Shown here one piece after another: positions 49,063 through 58,847 of a stretch of DNA of 64,000 bases; position 1 is the stretch's first letter, and every line of letters starts with the position of its first letter. Under the pieces are notes generated by a model. The model searched no databases, was not told the origin of the DNA, and was given only the letters and a program-made list of their open reading frames with translations. The position numbers and the translations under genes are program-made. The stretch lies in assembly GCA_963827275.1 (NCBI GenBank), contig CAWHAA010000006.1:128001-192000 (forward strand), in the 5' to 3' direction. The DNA is from an uncultured Spirochaetota bacterium. Its GTDB lineage: Bacteria; Spirochaetota; UBA4802; UBA5550.

Positions 49063-51193
49063 TTATACTGTCTTCAGCGGCGGGGCGGTAATCATCATCG
49101 TATTTTCACTGCTCTTTTATTTCGATTTTACCAGCCGTTCGGCCAGGGGCCAGGAGCGCTCCGTCGGTTCGATCATCTTCAAAAAACAGGTCGCCCAGAG
49201 GAAATACGCGTCGCAGGTCATCTGGGAGGACGTCGAAAAAAGAATGCCGGTCTACAACAACGACTCAATCAGGACGTCCGTCCAGTCCGAGGCCGTGATA
49301 CGGCTTAATGATGGCACGGAAATTACTCTTAATGAGAACAGCATGATACTCCTCTCGATGGCGGAGGATGCGATTGACATCCAGTTCAAGGGCGGCTCAA
49401 TATCCACAAAGCGGGACGAAGCAAAAAAGGGGGAACTCGGCGCGCTGAATATACGCTCCGGCGAATCGACCGTGTCCCTTGAGAATACTGACCTGCAGGT
49501 GGCCTCGGGCAAGGAGAAAGAGCTCAGCGTCACTGTCAGCCGGGGCAGCGCCAGGGTGAGCGCCGGCGGTGCCATGCAGGATGTCAGGCAGAGCCAGAAA
49601 GCCCTCATAACGGGCGGCGGCAAAGAGATCAGGATGGAGAACGTTGCCCTGATCCCGCTGTCGCCGAAGCCTGACAGCATATTCATTACTCCCGAGCAAG
49701 ACACCGTGGTGCGGTTTTCATGGGGGCCCCTGGAAGCGGGGGTCGGCGGCGTACTCGAGGTGTCGGCCGGGACCACCTTTGCCGCCCTTGCAGCCCTCAA
49801 GAAGCTCGAAGGCCAGGGCACCGCTATTTCACTCAAACCCGGCACCTATTACTGGCGCATGAAGGCGCGGGGCGGCGCTGACCGGAAACCGGTAACGGGT
49901 GACATGCGGAAATTCACGATACTCAGGGAGGCGCCGGCGTACCAGGTCTTCCCGGCTGAGGGCCAGGAGTTCCAGCATCTCGGGAGGAACCCGACAATCA
50001 ATTTCAAATGGAATGGAAGCGAGAGCGTCCAGATATATCGGCTTGACATCGCCTCTGATCCCTCCATGGAGAAGGTCATTGCTTCATATGACACCCAGGG
50101 ATCAAGCATCGCTGTTGATGCGCTCGGGGCCGGGACTTTTTACTGGCAGGTGACCTCGATAATCAGCGCGGGCGGTGAAACATTCCGCATAAAAGGGAAG
50201 GTGCGTTCCCTCGCAGTGGCAAAAACGATGAAGGTGACGCCGCCCCGTCCTGTTTTTCCGCAGAACGGGGAGATCATGAACGCTGCTATTATTAAGGGGC
50301 GTGGCATGGTATTTTCCTGGGACAAGATGGAAGACCTGCAATCGTTCCGGATCTCCGTTTCCCGATCAGCCGATTTTCGGAATATCGTGTTTGACGGCGC
50401 AAGTACAACGAATTTTATAAATTTCCGCGGCACAATGGAGCAGGGCACTTATTACTGGCGCGTTATGGGTATCCTTGCGGGCAACAGGCGCTCCGATCCA
50501 TCCGAGACAATGAGATTCACCGTGACCGAAGGAAAAAATATCAGGCTCGTGGCGCCTGAAAACAAAGAGCTGCTCGCTCCCGAGCCGGGGACGAGCATAC
50601 GGTTTGCCTGGGAACAGGCGGACCTGTACGGCGAATACCAGCTGCAGATTGCCCCTGACAGGCTCTTCGGCACGTTAAAAAAAGAAGCAAGGGTGAACGA
50701 GCCATACGCGTATATTGCGGGGCTCACACCCGGGACATACCACTGGCGCGTTGTCATGAAAAACGCCGACGGGCAGATTGTTCTGAAGAGCGAACCGGGC
50801 TCGTTTATCGTCCAGGACATCATTGCCGAGCCGGTGATACTCTCCCCGAGGAACGGGACGGTATTCGATTTTAAAAATATCAATGAGCTCGATCTTTCAT
50901 GGAAGAGGCTCAAGGACGCGAACCTGTATAGAATCAAGTTTTACAGGATGGAAAACAACAGGGCGGTGTTTATCGCCGAGCGTGAGATCGGGAATGCTCC
51001 CCTTGAAATTGACGACATCAATTTTCTCGGTGAAGGGAAGATACTCTGGTCTATACAGGCATTTGAAACCAGGGAAAAAGGGAAAAAGATAGTGCGAAAA
51101 AGCAGGATCTCCCGCGCATATTTCGAGGTCAGGATACCCAAAGAGGCGAAAAAGATAAAGTTTCTCACGCCGAAAGTACTGTATACCGAGTAA
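49043..51193 (+). CDS. Membrane-anchored FecR-domain protein with five FN3/Ig-like repeats
   Basis: TM; DSIRT..SEAVIRLNDGTEITLNENSMI (FecR); repeats ending PGTYYWR, AGTFYWQ, QGTYYWR, PGTYHWR, EGKILWS; start reassigned to ATG 49043. Confidence 0.85.
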   Translation: MKFTRGDYTVFSGGAVIIIVFSLLFYFDFTSRSARGQERSVGSIIFKKQVAQRKYASQVIWEDVEKRMPVYNNDSIRTSVQSEAVIRLNDGTEITLNENSMILLSMAEDAIDIQFKGGSISTKRDEAKKGELGALNIRSGESTVSLENTDLQVASGKEKELSVTVSRGSARVSAGGAMQDVRQSQKALITGGGKEIRMENVALIPLSPKPDSIFITPEQDTVVRFSWGPLEAGVGGVLEVSAGTTFAALAALKKLEGQGTAISLKPGTYYWRMKARGGADRKPVTGDMRKFTILREAPAYQVFPAEGQEFQHLGRNPTINFKWNGSESVQIYRLDIASDPSMEKVIASYDTQGSSIAVDALGAGTFYWQVTSIISAGGETFRIKGKVRSLAVAKTMKVTPPRPVFPQNGEIMNAAIIKGRGMVFSWDKMEDLQSFRISVSRSADFRNIVFDGASTTNFINFRGTMEQGTYYWRVMGILAGNRRSDPSETMRFTVTEGKNIRLVAPENKELLAPEPGTSIRFAWEQADLYGEYQLQIAPDRLFGTLKKEARVNEPYAYIAGLTPGTYHWRVVMKNADGQIVLKSEPGSFIVQDIIAEPVILSPRNGTVFDFKNINELDLSWKRLKDANLYRIKFYRMENNRAVFIAEREIGNAPLEIDDINFLGEGKILWSIQAFETREKGKKIVRKSRISRAYFEVRIPKEAKKIKFLTPKVLYTE

Positions 51194-51197
51194 GGCT

Positions 51198-51225
51198 TCC
51201 GGTGGGCCCGGGACGGCCCACGGGA
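51198..51225 (+). terminator. Hairpin after the FecR gene, possible terminator
   Basis: GTGGGCC-CGGGAC-GGCCCAC with flanking TTCC/GGAA; T run about 10 nt downstream. Confidence 0.4.
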
Positions 51226-51307
51226 ATGGATAATACTTTTTTTTATTGTAAAAAATAGCTATACTGCTGAATATTGTCAGCACACATAACTATAACGGAT
51301 TGGCAAC

Positions 51308-51691
51308 ATGATGAAGATTGATTTTGACAAGCAGGGCGGCCTTGTACCCGTGATCGCCCAGGAGTACGAAACCGGCGAAGTCCTCATGCTGGCGTTCATG
51401 AACCGCGAGGCGTGGGACCTCACCCTTAAAACAGGCATCGTGCATTACTGGAGCCGTTCACGGAACAAGCTCTGGAAAAAAGGCGAGTCGTCTGGAAACG
51501 TGCAGGAAGTAAAAGAGATACGCGTCGACTGCGATAACGATACCATCCTTGTAAAGGTTGAACAGATAGGCAGGGCCGCCTGCCATGACGGTTACCGGAG
51601 CTGCTTTTACCGCGTCGTCCGTGACGGGGAATTCGTTATCGACGGGGAGAAAGTTTTCAATCCCGATGAAGTGTATGGAGAAAAAAAATGA
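51308..51691 (+). CDS. hisI: Phosphoribosyl-AMP cyclohydrolase
   Basis: [30 protein letters not shown]. Confidence 0.95.
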   Translation: MMKIDFDKQGGLVPVIAQEYETGEVLMLAFMNREAWDLTLKTGIVHYWSRSRNKLWKKGESSGNVQEVKEIRVDCDNDTILVKVEQIGRAACHDGYRSCFYRVVRDGEFVIDGEKVFNPDEVYGEKK

Positions 51692-52578
51692 CGAGACAGA
51701 TAAAGCTGGGTATCCCGAAGGGGAGCCTTGAAAACGCGACCATCGACCTCTTCCAGAAGGCCGGCTGGAAGATCACCGTTTCATCGCGGAATTATTTCCC
51801 GGTGATCGATGATCCTGAAATCGTCTGTTCGCTCGTCCGCGCGCAGGAAATGGCGAGATATATTGAAAGCGGGGTGCTGGACCTCGGCCTTACCGGGCTG
51901 GACTGGATCCTCGAGAACGAAGCGGACGTGGAAATGATTTCCGACCTGGTCTATTCAAAAGTGAGCACGAAAAAGGCGAAATGGGTGCTTGCCGTTCCGG
52001 AGGAGTCCCCGATCAAGAGCGTCAGGGATTGCGCCGGCAAAACGATATCCACCGAGCTGGTGAACTTCACAAAAAATTACTTCAAAAAGCTCGGGGTCCC
52101 CGTGCAGGTCGAATTTTCATGGGGAGCAACGGAGGCGAAGGTCGTTGAAGGGCTTGTTGATGCGATCGTGGAGGTAACGGAGACAGGTTCCACGATACGG
52201 GCGCATGGCTTGAAGATCATTGAAACACTGCTTGAAACCAATACGAAGCTGGTTGCAAACCGGAAAAGCTATCAGGACGAATGGAAAAAGAAGAAAATTC
52301 TGCAGATGGCGCAGCTTCTCCGGGGAGCGCTGAACGCCGAAAAGCTGATCGGTCTCAAGATGAACGTGCCGAAAGAACGCATGGAACAGGTGGTGGGCAT
52401 ACTCCCGAGCCTCACATCGCCGACAATCGCACAGCTCTATAAATCCGAATGGCTTTCGGTGGAGACGGTTATAGAGGAATCGGTGGCACGCGAAGTAATT
52501 CCGCGCCTCATAGAGGCGGGCGCTGACGGGATCATCGAGTATCCCCTGAACAAGGTGGTCAATAAAAATGATGTGTAG
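51688..52578 (+). CDS. hisG: ATP phosphoribosyltransferase (long form)
   Basis: [40 protein letters not shown]-terminal regulatory domain. Confidence 0.96.
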   Translation: MTRQIKLGIPKGSLENATIDLFQKAGWKITVSSRNYFPVIDDPEIVCSLVRAQEMARYIESGVLDLGLTGLDWILENEADVEMISDLVYSKVSTKKAKWVLAVPEESPIKSVRDCAGKTISTELVNFTKNYFKKLGVPVQVEFSWGATEAKVVEGLVDAIVEVTETGSTIRAHGLKIIETLLETNTKLVANRKSYQDEWKKKKILQMAQLLRGALNAEKLIGLKMNVPKERMEQVVGILPSLTSPTIAQLYKSEWLSVETVIEESVAREVIPRLIEAGADGIIEYPLNKVVNKNDV

Positions 52579-52627
52579 CCGGATGAATTGTTGTTGATAT
52601 TAATGGCCTGTTTGTTATCATCATGGC

Positions 52628-54874
52628 ATGAGATTGATGATACATCTTATCGTGTGTGCCTTTCTCCTTCCGCTCTTTGCCGTTCCTTCACTTGCCGGTA
52701 CTATAATTCTAAACAAACGGGTCATATCTGTAAAGAAGGGCTTTGACGAGTCCTGGCTGAAGCAGGTCCCATCGACCAGTGATACAACCTGGGTGCATAT
52801 TCCTCCCCAAAAAAAATACAGGAGCATCAGGATACAGGACATCCCCTTTCCCGACAAGCCGGCACGGTCATTCCTGTCATTGAGAGAGTATCCGCCTGAA
52901 AGCTATACCGTCATTGCCAGTTTCGTCATTAGTGACATATCCGATGTTGAAAACCAATTCCTTGGATTATTCATCGATATGATCGGCGAAAACTGGGCCG
53001 TCTATCTAAACGGGAAAATCATCAAGGACGAGATACATCTCGCCGGGAATAACTATATAGATGAATATCGGACGTACCGACATGTGCTGGTGTACCTCAA
53101 TCCGCGCCTTATAAAACAAGGGGAGAATATCATTGGCTTTAAAATAATCGGCGATCCCACAATACCGGATACGGGGTTTTTAATGAATACCCCGATAATT
53201 ATCGGCGATTACAGCACGCTTGCGATGAGTAAGATGAAATTGATCCCGATGATGCTGGTCGTCGTTTATCTCATTGCCGGTCTCTACCACCTTGTCATTT
53301 TTTTATTCAGGAGGAGTGAGCGTCATAATCTATACTTCGGCCTTTTTTCCATCATGCTGTTCATATACTTCATCTGCAGGACAAGCAATGTCTATTATGT
53401 GATCCGGGACACGGAATGGACCCTGCTGCTCGAATTCTGCTCACTTTTTTCATTGTTTCCGCTGATCATGAATTACATGGAGCTGATCCTGTTCGGCAGG
53501 ATCAGGCCGTTCGTAATGGCGTACAATGCTTTCTGCGCCATGCTGATTGCCGCAACCATCCTGGTGCCGCAGGGGACGAGAATAGACCTTTTGAGGATAT
53601 GGCAGTATACGGCGATCATTCCATTGATCTATTTCATGCTTTTCCAGATGGGCATGGCATTTTTTACGGCGGTACGCAGTTACCGCTCATCTGGAACGGC
53701 CCCGTCCCGCCCCGGGATAGGCCGGGCACTGGCGCACAGCTTCGTCAATACGGTGCCGGGAAACCTCATGATCGGGGCCCTGGTAACGGTCGGATGCTCG
53801 GTGTTTGATGTGCTCGATGCGCTCTATTTTTCAACCGGAATAGTGGCAACAAATTACGGGTTCCTGATTTTTGTTTTCGGGGTCACCTTCGTCCTCTCGC
53901 AGCGTTTCATATACCTTTACAGCGAAATAGACGGCCTTACGGTCGAGCTGAGGCAGAAATCGAGCGATTTGAAAGAAACACGGGTCAGGTATGGCATTTC
54001 ACAGGAAAAATACCGCCTCCTCGTGGAAGGTTCTTCCGATATCATATTCTCTCTTGACGAAAAATTCAGGTTCCTGACGGCGAACAGGCGTATGCGCGAC
54101 CTTGTGCGCCTCACCGACGCTGCGTTTGGCGTCAAGACGATAATGGAAGTCCTCCATGAGACCGACCAGAGGTCGGTGACCATACAGTTCATACAGAACA
54201 AGCTGGAGCAGTTCATCGCCGATAAAAAACCGATTAATTTAAAGATGGATTTCAGGACGCCCTTCGGGAGTGAGCCGACATCGCTGCAGGTCCGGCTGGA
54301 ATACATTAATATCGAGGGGCGATATGAAATATTCGGCAGGGGGACGGGCGTATCCGAAGACATGCTGAGCCAGTATATCGAGGATGAGCATCAGCATTAC
54401 AGGATCGGCAACCTGATGCTGGTGGCCGATGACCTGAGCTTCAGGGTGACGCGCAACCTTGAGAAATTCATCGACAAGCGTGAAATAAACCTCGTCAGGA
54501 TGGCGGTCAGGGAAATCATAATCAACGCGATAGAGCACGGGAACCTGGCGATCACCTTCGATGAAAAGACAAGGGAAACAGTGGAGGGCGATTATTTCTC
54601 GTATATCAACAAGCGGCAGAACGACCCGTTATACAGCGGGAGGACGGTGGATATACTGTACCGTGTCAACCAGGACAGGGTAGAATATACCGTTACCGAC
54701 CAGGGCTCCGGTTTTGACTATGGCAAATACCTGCGCGGGGAAGTTGACGTCAACGATGCGCTGATACCTCACGGGCGCGGCATAACCCTTGCAAAAAATA
54801 TTTTTGATGAGCTTCGCTACAACGATTCAGGCAACAGCGTCGTCCTCGTCAAGCACTTCAAAAAGTCACCATGA
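52628..54874 (+). CDS. Membrane sensor: extracellular domain + 7TM-DISM-like + PAS + HATPase (RsbW/SpoIIAB-like kinase)
   Basis: Signal peptide, GLYHLVIF..NLYFGLFS TM region, EKYRLLVEGSSDIIF (PAS), EIIINAIEHGN, DQGSGFD, HGRGI. Confidence 0.82.
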   Translation: MRLMIHLIVCAFLLPLFAVPSLAGTIILNKRVISVKKGFDESWLKQVPSTSDTTWVHIPPQKKYRSIRIQDIPFPDKPARSFLSLREYPPESYTVIASFVISDISDVENQFLGLFIDMIGENWAVYLNGKIIKDEIHLAGNNYIDEYRTYRHVLVYLNPRLIKQGENIIGFKIIGDPTIPDTGFLMNTPIIIGDYSTLAMSKMKLIPMMLVVVYLIAGLYHLVIFLFRRSERHNLYFGLFSIMLFIYFICRTSNVYYVIRDTEWTLLLEFCSLFSLFPLIMNYMELILFGRIRPFVMAYNAFCAMLIAATILVPQGTRIDLLRIWQYTAIIPLIYFMLFQMGMAFFTAVRSYRSSGTAPSRPGIGRALAHSFVNTVPGNLMIGALVTVGCSVFDVLDALYFSTGIVATNYGFLIFVFGVTFVLSQRFIYLYSEIDGLTVELRQKSSDLKETRVRYGISQEKYRLLVEGSSDIIFSLDEKFRFLTANRRMRDLVRLTDAAFGVKTIMEVLHETDQRSVTIQFIQNKLEQFIADKKPINLKMDFRTPFGSEPTSLQVRLEYINIEGRYEIFGRGTGVSEDMLSQYIEDEHQHYRIGNLMLVADDLSFRVTRNLEKFIDKREINLVRMAVREIIINAIEHGNLAITFDEKTRETVEGDYFSYINKRQNDPLYSGRTVDILYRVNQDRVEYTVTDQGSGFDYGKYLRGEVDVNDALIPHGRGITLAKNIFDELRYNDSGNSVVLVKHFKKSP

Positions 54875-54885
54875 CCGCCGCCGAG

Positions 54886-55320
54886 TCAGCACTTGAGGCC
54901 GGTGCCAAGGCGCGTCTCTATCGTCATGTTCCTGAGGCACCCGGGGAAGGTGACAGACTCAAGGTATTCCATGAAACACCTCTCGAGCTTTTCCGGGGCA
55001 GGATGTCCGCATACGTTTTCCTTGATTTTCGTGTATCCGCGCATGCGGCCGCTGCGGTCAATTGTTATTCTGACCACCATGAAAATTGCGGTACAATCAG
55101 CGCAGCTCATAATCAGCCCGGAATCAGCGATGCACCCGTGATATATGCTTAGCCGCCACTGTTCGGCTATGGCATGGAACGCCTCGTACTGCTTTCCTTC
55201 GAGCAGATAGTCAATTGCAACGGGTGATCCTGCGGGTTTTACACATGAAATCCCGATGGCGGCACACAGGATACCCGCCATAATGAAAGTTGGGATGTGA
55301 TAAACAGGTGATTGCTTCAT
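54886..55320 (-). CDS. Hypothetical Cys-rich putative lipoprotein, TonB-C-terminal-like
   Basis: GISC lipobox-like; VVRITIDRSG...LERC...VTFP pattern. Confidence 0.55.
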   Translation of the reverse strand: MKQSPVYHIPTFIMAGILCAAIGISCVKPAGSPVAIDYLLEGKQYEAFHAIAEQWRLSIYHGCIADSGLIMSCADCTAIFMVVRITIDRSGRMRGYTKIKENVCGHPAPEKLERCFMEYLESVTFPGCLRNMTIETRLGTGLKC

Positions 55321-55341
55321 GGCATTGTTTGCAGGATAATC

Positions 55342-55373
55342 AAAAAAAGGCCCGCGTTGTAACGCGGGCCTTT
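55342..55373 (-). terminator. Rho-independent terminator of the OmpL47-like gene
   Basis: Minus strand AAAGGCCCGCGTT-AC-AACGCGGGCC-TTTTTTT. Confidence 0.85.
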
Positions 55374-55394
55374 GTATCAGTCAGCAGTATGGGG

Positions 55395-56498
55395 CTATTT
55401 CTCCACAGTCTCTATAATGGAGTTCGGCGGCAGAATGTCGACATACACGGTAAAGGTCGTGATGCCGGAAAGGTTGCCTGCCTTGTCAAGCGCACGGGCA
55501 TCAATCTGGTGCCTGCCATTATTCTGGAACTGTATCTCGTTTTTATAGGGGATAAAGTCTCCCTGGCCGTCAATCCTGTAGAATATTGCAGCCACGCCGG
55601 AATCATCATCTTTTGCGGTGATGGTGTACTTTGTGTCGATAGTGGCTACATTCTGGTTGTTTATCTTCTGCATTTCCTTGTCGGGCTGTATCGCTACAGT
55701 CGGAGCGACTTCATCAACCGCGAGATTGACCACCGAGTCATTCAGCTCTACTTCGTTTCCTGCTTCGTCAAGAACGCGGAAGGTGAAAAGTTCGGTTGTA
55801 TTGTCAACATTGTCGATTCCCCTGGCCTTCAGGTTTATGGCGCCGCTTGAGGGCATCGCGAAGGGAGCAACATATTCCTGGTAGGTCGTACCATCGGTGG
55901 TATATTCGACCCTTTTGACGCCTGAAAGTGCGTCATTGGAATTAATGCTGAATTGCACATTTTTCTGGTAATAGATTTTATCGCCGATCTTTTTGACCGG
56001 GCTGCTCGTGGTGACAACCATGGCAGGGCCGGTATTGTCAACGGCAACGTTGTATGCTTTTTCCGCTTCCTTGTTGCCGACCTTGTCGATACCGTAGTAC
56101 TTGATCGTATGGTATCCTTCGGTGGCTATCGAGAAGGGGTCCTGGTATGTGGTGACAGCGCCTTCGTCGACCTTGTACTCGATCTTGTCCATTTGCAGGT
56201 CGTCGGTTGAAGACAATTTAAAATGGACCTTCGAATTAACAAAGATCGTTTTGCCGTCAAAATAAGTCCGGGCGTCCGCTGCAGCGATTGAGGTCTCGCC
56301 GGCCGCTCTTGTATCGGCTTCAACTTTTACCGGCTCGGCCGCCTTGATGTCGTCATTTAACATTGATTTGTTTTCATCGGGGGCATTTTCGATTTTGTCC
56401 GGGTCAGTGGTAGAAGGATCGTCCTGAGAATATGCCATACTGGTCAGGGACAACCCGAGAGCAAGGCAGAATAAAAGTATAAAAGATCTTTTAAGCAT
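55395..56498 (-). CDS. Exported protein with three OmpL47-type Ig-like repeats
   Basis: Signal peptide; repeats D..SGV..I.Y..DG...Y..P...G.H.I...A.D..GN (GIDKVGN, GIDNVDN, ALDKAGN). Confidence 0.8.
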   Translation of the reverse strand: MLKRSFILLFCLALGLSLTSMAYSQDDPSTTDPDKIENAPDENKSMLNDDIKAAEPVKVEADTRAAGETSIAAADARTYFDGKTIFVNSKVHFKLSSTDDLQMDKIEYKVDEGAVTTYQDPFSIATEGYHTIKYYGIDKVGNKEAEKAYNVAVDNTGPAMVVTTSSPVKKIGDKIYYQKNVQFSINSNDALSGVKRVEYTTDGTTYQEYVAPFAMPSSGAINLKARGIDNVDNTTELFTFRVLDEAGNEVELNDSVVNLAVDEVAPTVAIQPDKEMQKINNQNVATIDTKYTITAKDDDSGVAAIFYRIDGQGDFIPYKNEIQFQNNGRHQIDARALDKAGNLSGITTFTVYVDILPPNSIIETVEK

Positions 56499-56757
56499 AC
56501 AGTACCTCCATTAATTCCTGTATAATTCAGATGAATTATTTACCAAAAGATTTAACAAAATGGTATTAATTATTATGAATAATATAATGTCAATAGATAT
56601 TTAGCGCATAAAATCACAAAATTTTGATTTTCTTTGATATAAGATATGCAGTTTTATATAAAATATCTTTATGATTCTGTCATTCACAAGCATGACGGCC
56701 GATGATGTTTGTTATATAAAATCATCACACCTGTCGCAATGATACCCGCTGTTTGGC

Positions 56758-56786
56758 TTGACTTTTTATCTGATGTGTACTATTTT
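56758..56786 (+). promoter_or_regulatory. Putative sigma70 promoter of the YHYH gene
   Basis: TTGACT-17 nt-TATTTT; AGGAG RBS before ATG 56826. Confidence 0.5.
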
Positions 56787-56825
56787 GTGCAACAAAACAG
56801 CTTTATTTATGCAAGGAGATGCCAA

Positions 56826-57455
56826 ATGATAGCAAGGACCATTGCACTGCTTACGGTTTTATTGTTTTTTGTTTCCAGTATAACGTTCGCACATCCTGGC
56901 GGGCTGGATTCTGAAGGCGGCCATTTCGACCACCAGAATAAAGAATATCACTATCACAAGGATGGGCAGATCACCATTGACAGGTCAAAGAGTGCCAGGT
57001 ATGATGAATTAGCTGACAAGCGTAACAGATATGATGATGACGATAGAGATAAAAAAGAAAAGAAAAAGAAAAAGGATAAAAAAGACGGTGATGACGTAGA
57101 CAAGAACGATAAGGACAAAAAAAAGAAGAAAAAAGACAAAGACGACGAAGACAAGGACAAAAAGGACAAGAAGGACAAGAAAAAGAAGAAGAAAGACAAG
57201 GATGACGAAGACAAAGACGGCACAGATAAAAAAGACACCAAAAAGAAGAAGAAAGATAAGGATGACGAAGATAAGGATAAAAAAGACAAGAAAAAGAAGA
57301 AAAAAGACAAGGACGATGGAGACAAGGTAAAAGATAAGAAAGAAAAGAAAGAGAAGAAGGAAAAGAAAGAGAAAAAAGAAAAGAAAGAAGACAAACCCAA
57401 GAAAAAGAAAAACACGAAAGAGAAAAAGACTAAAAAGAAAAAATCTGAAGATTAA
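56826..57455 (+). CDS. Secreted YHYH-domain protein with a long Lys/Asp/Glu repeat tail
   Basis: Signal peptide ending TFA-HPGGLDSEGGHFDH...YHYH; start reassigned to ATG 56826. Confidence 0.8.
   Translation: MIARTIALLTVLLFFVSSITFAHPGGLDSEGGHFDHQNKEYHYHKDGQITIDRSKSARYDELADKRNRYDDDDRDKKEKKKKKDKKDGDDVDKNDKDKKKKKKDKDDEDKDKKDKKDKKKKKKDKDDEDKDGTDKKDTKKKKKDKDDEDKDKKDKKKKKKDKDDGDKVKDKKEKKEKKEKKEKKEKKEDKPKKKKNTKEKKTKKKKSED
57035..57452 (+). repeat. Purine-rich degenerate tandem coding repeats
   Basis: About 4-5 copies of (K)5-6DKDD(E/G)DK followed by (KKE)x6; synonymous codon variation between copies. Confidence 0.8.
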
Positions 57456-57477
57456 CTATCGATACATTTCAGCATGC

Positions 57478-57508
57478 AAAGGCGGGGCCGGTTGGTCCTG
57501 CCTTTTTT
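57478..57508 (+). terminator. Rho-independent terminator, possibly bidirectional
   Basis: AAAGGCGGGGCC-GGTT-GGTCCTGCC-TTTTTT between convergent genes. Confidence 0.75.
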
Positions 57509-57521
57509 GCGCTTCAAGCTT

Positions 57522-58664
57522 TCATTTGAATTTTTTCACAAGTGCGCTATAGGGGATTTTCAGGAGCATGGGCTGATAGATGGCCGGATGTATGTATATC
57601 GCATACACCGCATGCGAAGTGTGGAATATCTCCTTTCCGGAATAATAAAATAAAAGAGGCCGCGATGCGATTCTCGGCAGTGCCGGGGGGACATAGATCA
57701 CCCTGGATTGTGCGCTGCTGATTTGTGAAAAATCATTGAATACCACCGACTTGATGGTACCGTCAAGACTGCAGTAAATGACAAGGTACCGCTCCAGGAC
57801 CTCGTTATATGATAGTGAAAGCTCGCCCATGACATCGTCCGCGAACGGGTGCGCGTCGAAAATATTTCGGGACCAGTTGCCCTTCGCGTCAAGGAATTCA
57901 TAGGAAGACCGGTTTTTGATTGAAGATGCCGGTACCCTCGCCACGAAGGCCGGCACGCGCTTGTTCGCGGCGGGTCCGTGGCCGACAAGATACAGGTACT
58001 CGCCCCTCCGGATTACGGAATCGCCGAACACGGGCTCGCCGCCGTTGAAAAGCTTCACCGTTCTCGTAAAGCTCACCGGCCCGCCGGGACGCCATGAAAC
58101 GGGCTTCCGCCATTCTGCGAGACCGACCCCCATGACCCGTATGGGCATGGCCTCATTGCCGTTCATGGTGATGTTCTTGTCGATATACACGATGATATAA
58201 TAGACATAGACGGTCGAACCGATCAGTATGCCGTCAATGGCCCAGAAGCGCCAGACGCGCGGGTCTTCGCCGGGAAGCGGCTTGATGAACTGGGCAACAG
58301 AGCCCTTTTCTTTATGGAATGTGAAATCAAGGACGGCGGCAGTCTGGTCATCCGGAACCGGGGTGAAGGCCAGTGCGTTGCTTAACATTCCCTTCATAAC
58401 GGCCGTGTCTTCAAATGTCGAATTGACCGAAAGTTCCCCTTTCCAGGAGCCGAGGATGGTGTCGCCGAAAGTCCACATCACGGTATCACCGAGAGGGATC
58501 GGCGTGCAGCCGTCCTGGCCCAGGATGCTCTTGTTCCTGCTCTCGCCGAAAATCCCCAGGTTTTCTATTGTTCCCTGCTGGTCGCATGCGCATAAAGCAA
58601 GGAGTAGAAAGCCGGTTGCACAAAGGCCCAGGATGCGGCACGGCAGTGCATGATGTCGGTTCAT
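57522..58664 (-). CDS. DUF4185-like lipoprotein (beta-propeller glycosidase-like)
   Basis: LCAC lipobox; GQDG, WTFGDT, YLYLVG, VARVP, GELSLSYN motifs; start reassigned to ATG 58664. Confidence 0.65.
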   Translation of the reverse strand: MNRHHALPCRILGLCATGFLLLALCACDQQGTIENLGIFGESRNKSILGQDGCTPIPLGDTVMWTFGDTILGSWKGELSVNSTFEDTAVMKGMLSNALAFTPVPDDQTAAVLDFTFHKEKGSVAQFIKPLPGEDPRVWRFWAIDGILIGSTVYVYYIIVYIDKNITMNGNEAMPIRVMGVGLAEWRKPVSWRPGGPVSFTRTVKLFNGGEPVFGDSVIRRGEYLYLVGHGPAANKRVPAFVARVPASSIKNRSSYEFLDAKGNWSRNIFDAHPFADDVMGELSLSYNEVLERYLVIYCSLDGTIKSVVFNDFSQISSAQSRVIYVPPALPRIASRPLLFYYSGKEIFHTSHAVYAIYIHPAIYQPMLLKIPYSALVKKFK

Positions 58665-58847
58665 GATTGTGACAGCCGTCGTAAATCCAAAAAAACATGG
58701 TGAATTGCAATACCTCTGTGTGACATGATTGTGCCTGAAGGTCAAGAATAATATTGCGCAGCGTAAATGAATCTTGACAAAATCACCGCGGATATTTTAT
58801 CCAGAACGATTGAGAATCGGGTACAACCGGCCGCGCACAAAAGTTGA

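Noticed and set aside
56954..57415. Phe/Leu/Ser-rich antisense ORF resembling a membrane protein
   Set aside because: It is the reverse complement of the Lys/Asp repeat
57035..57452. Repeats as a possible CRISPR array
   Set aside because: Degenerate in-frame coding repeats with no unique spacers; no cas genes in the window
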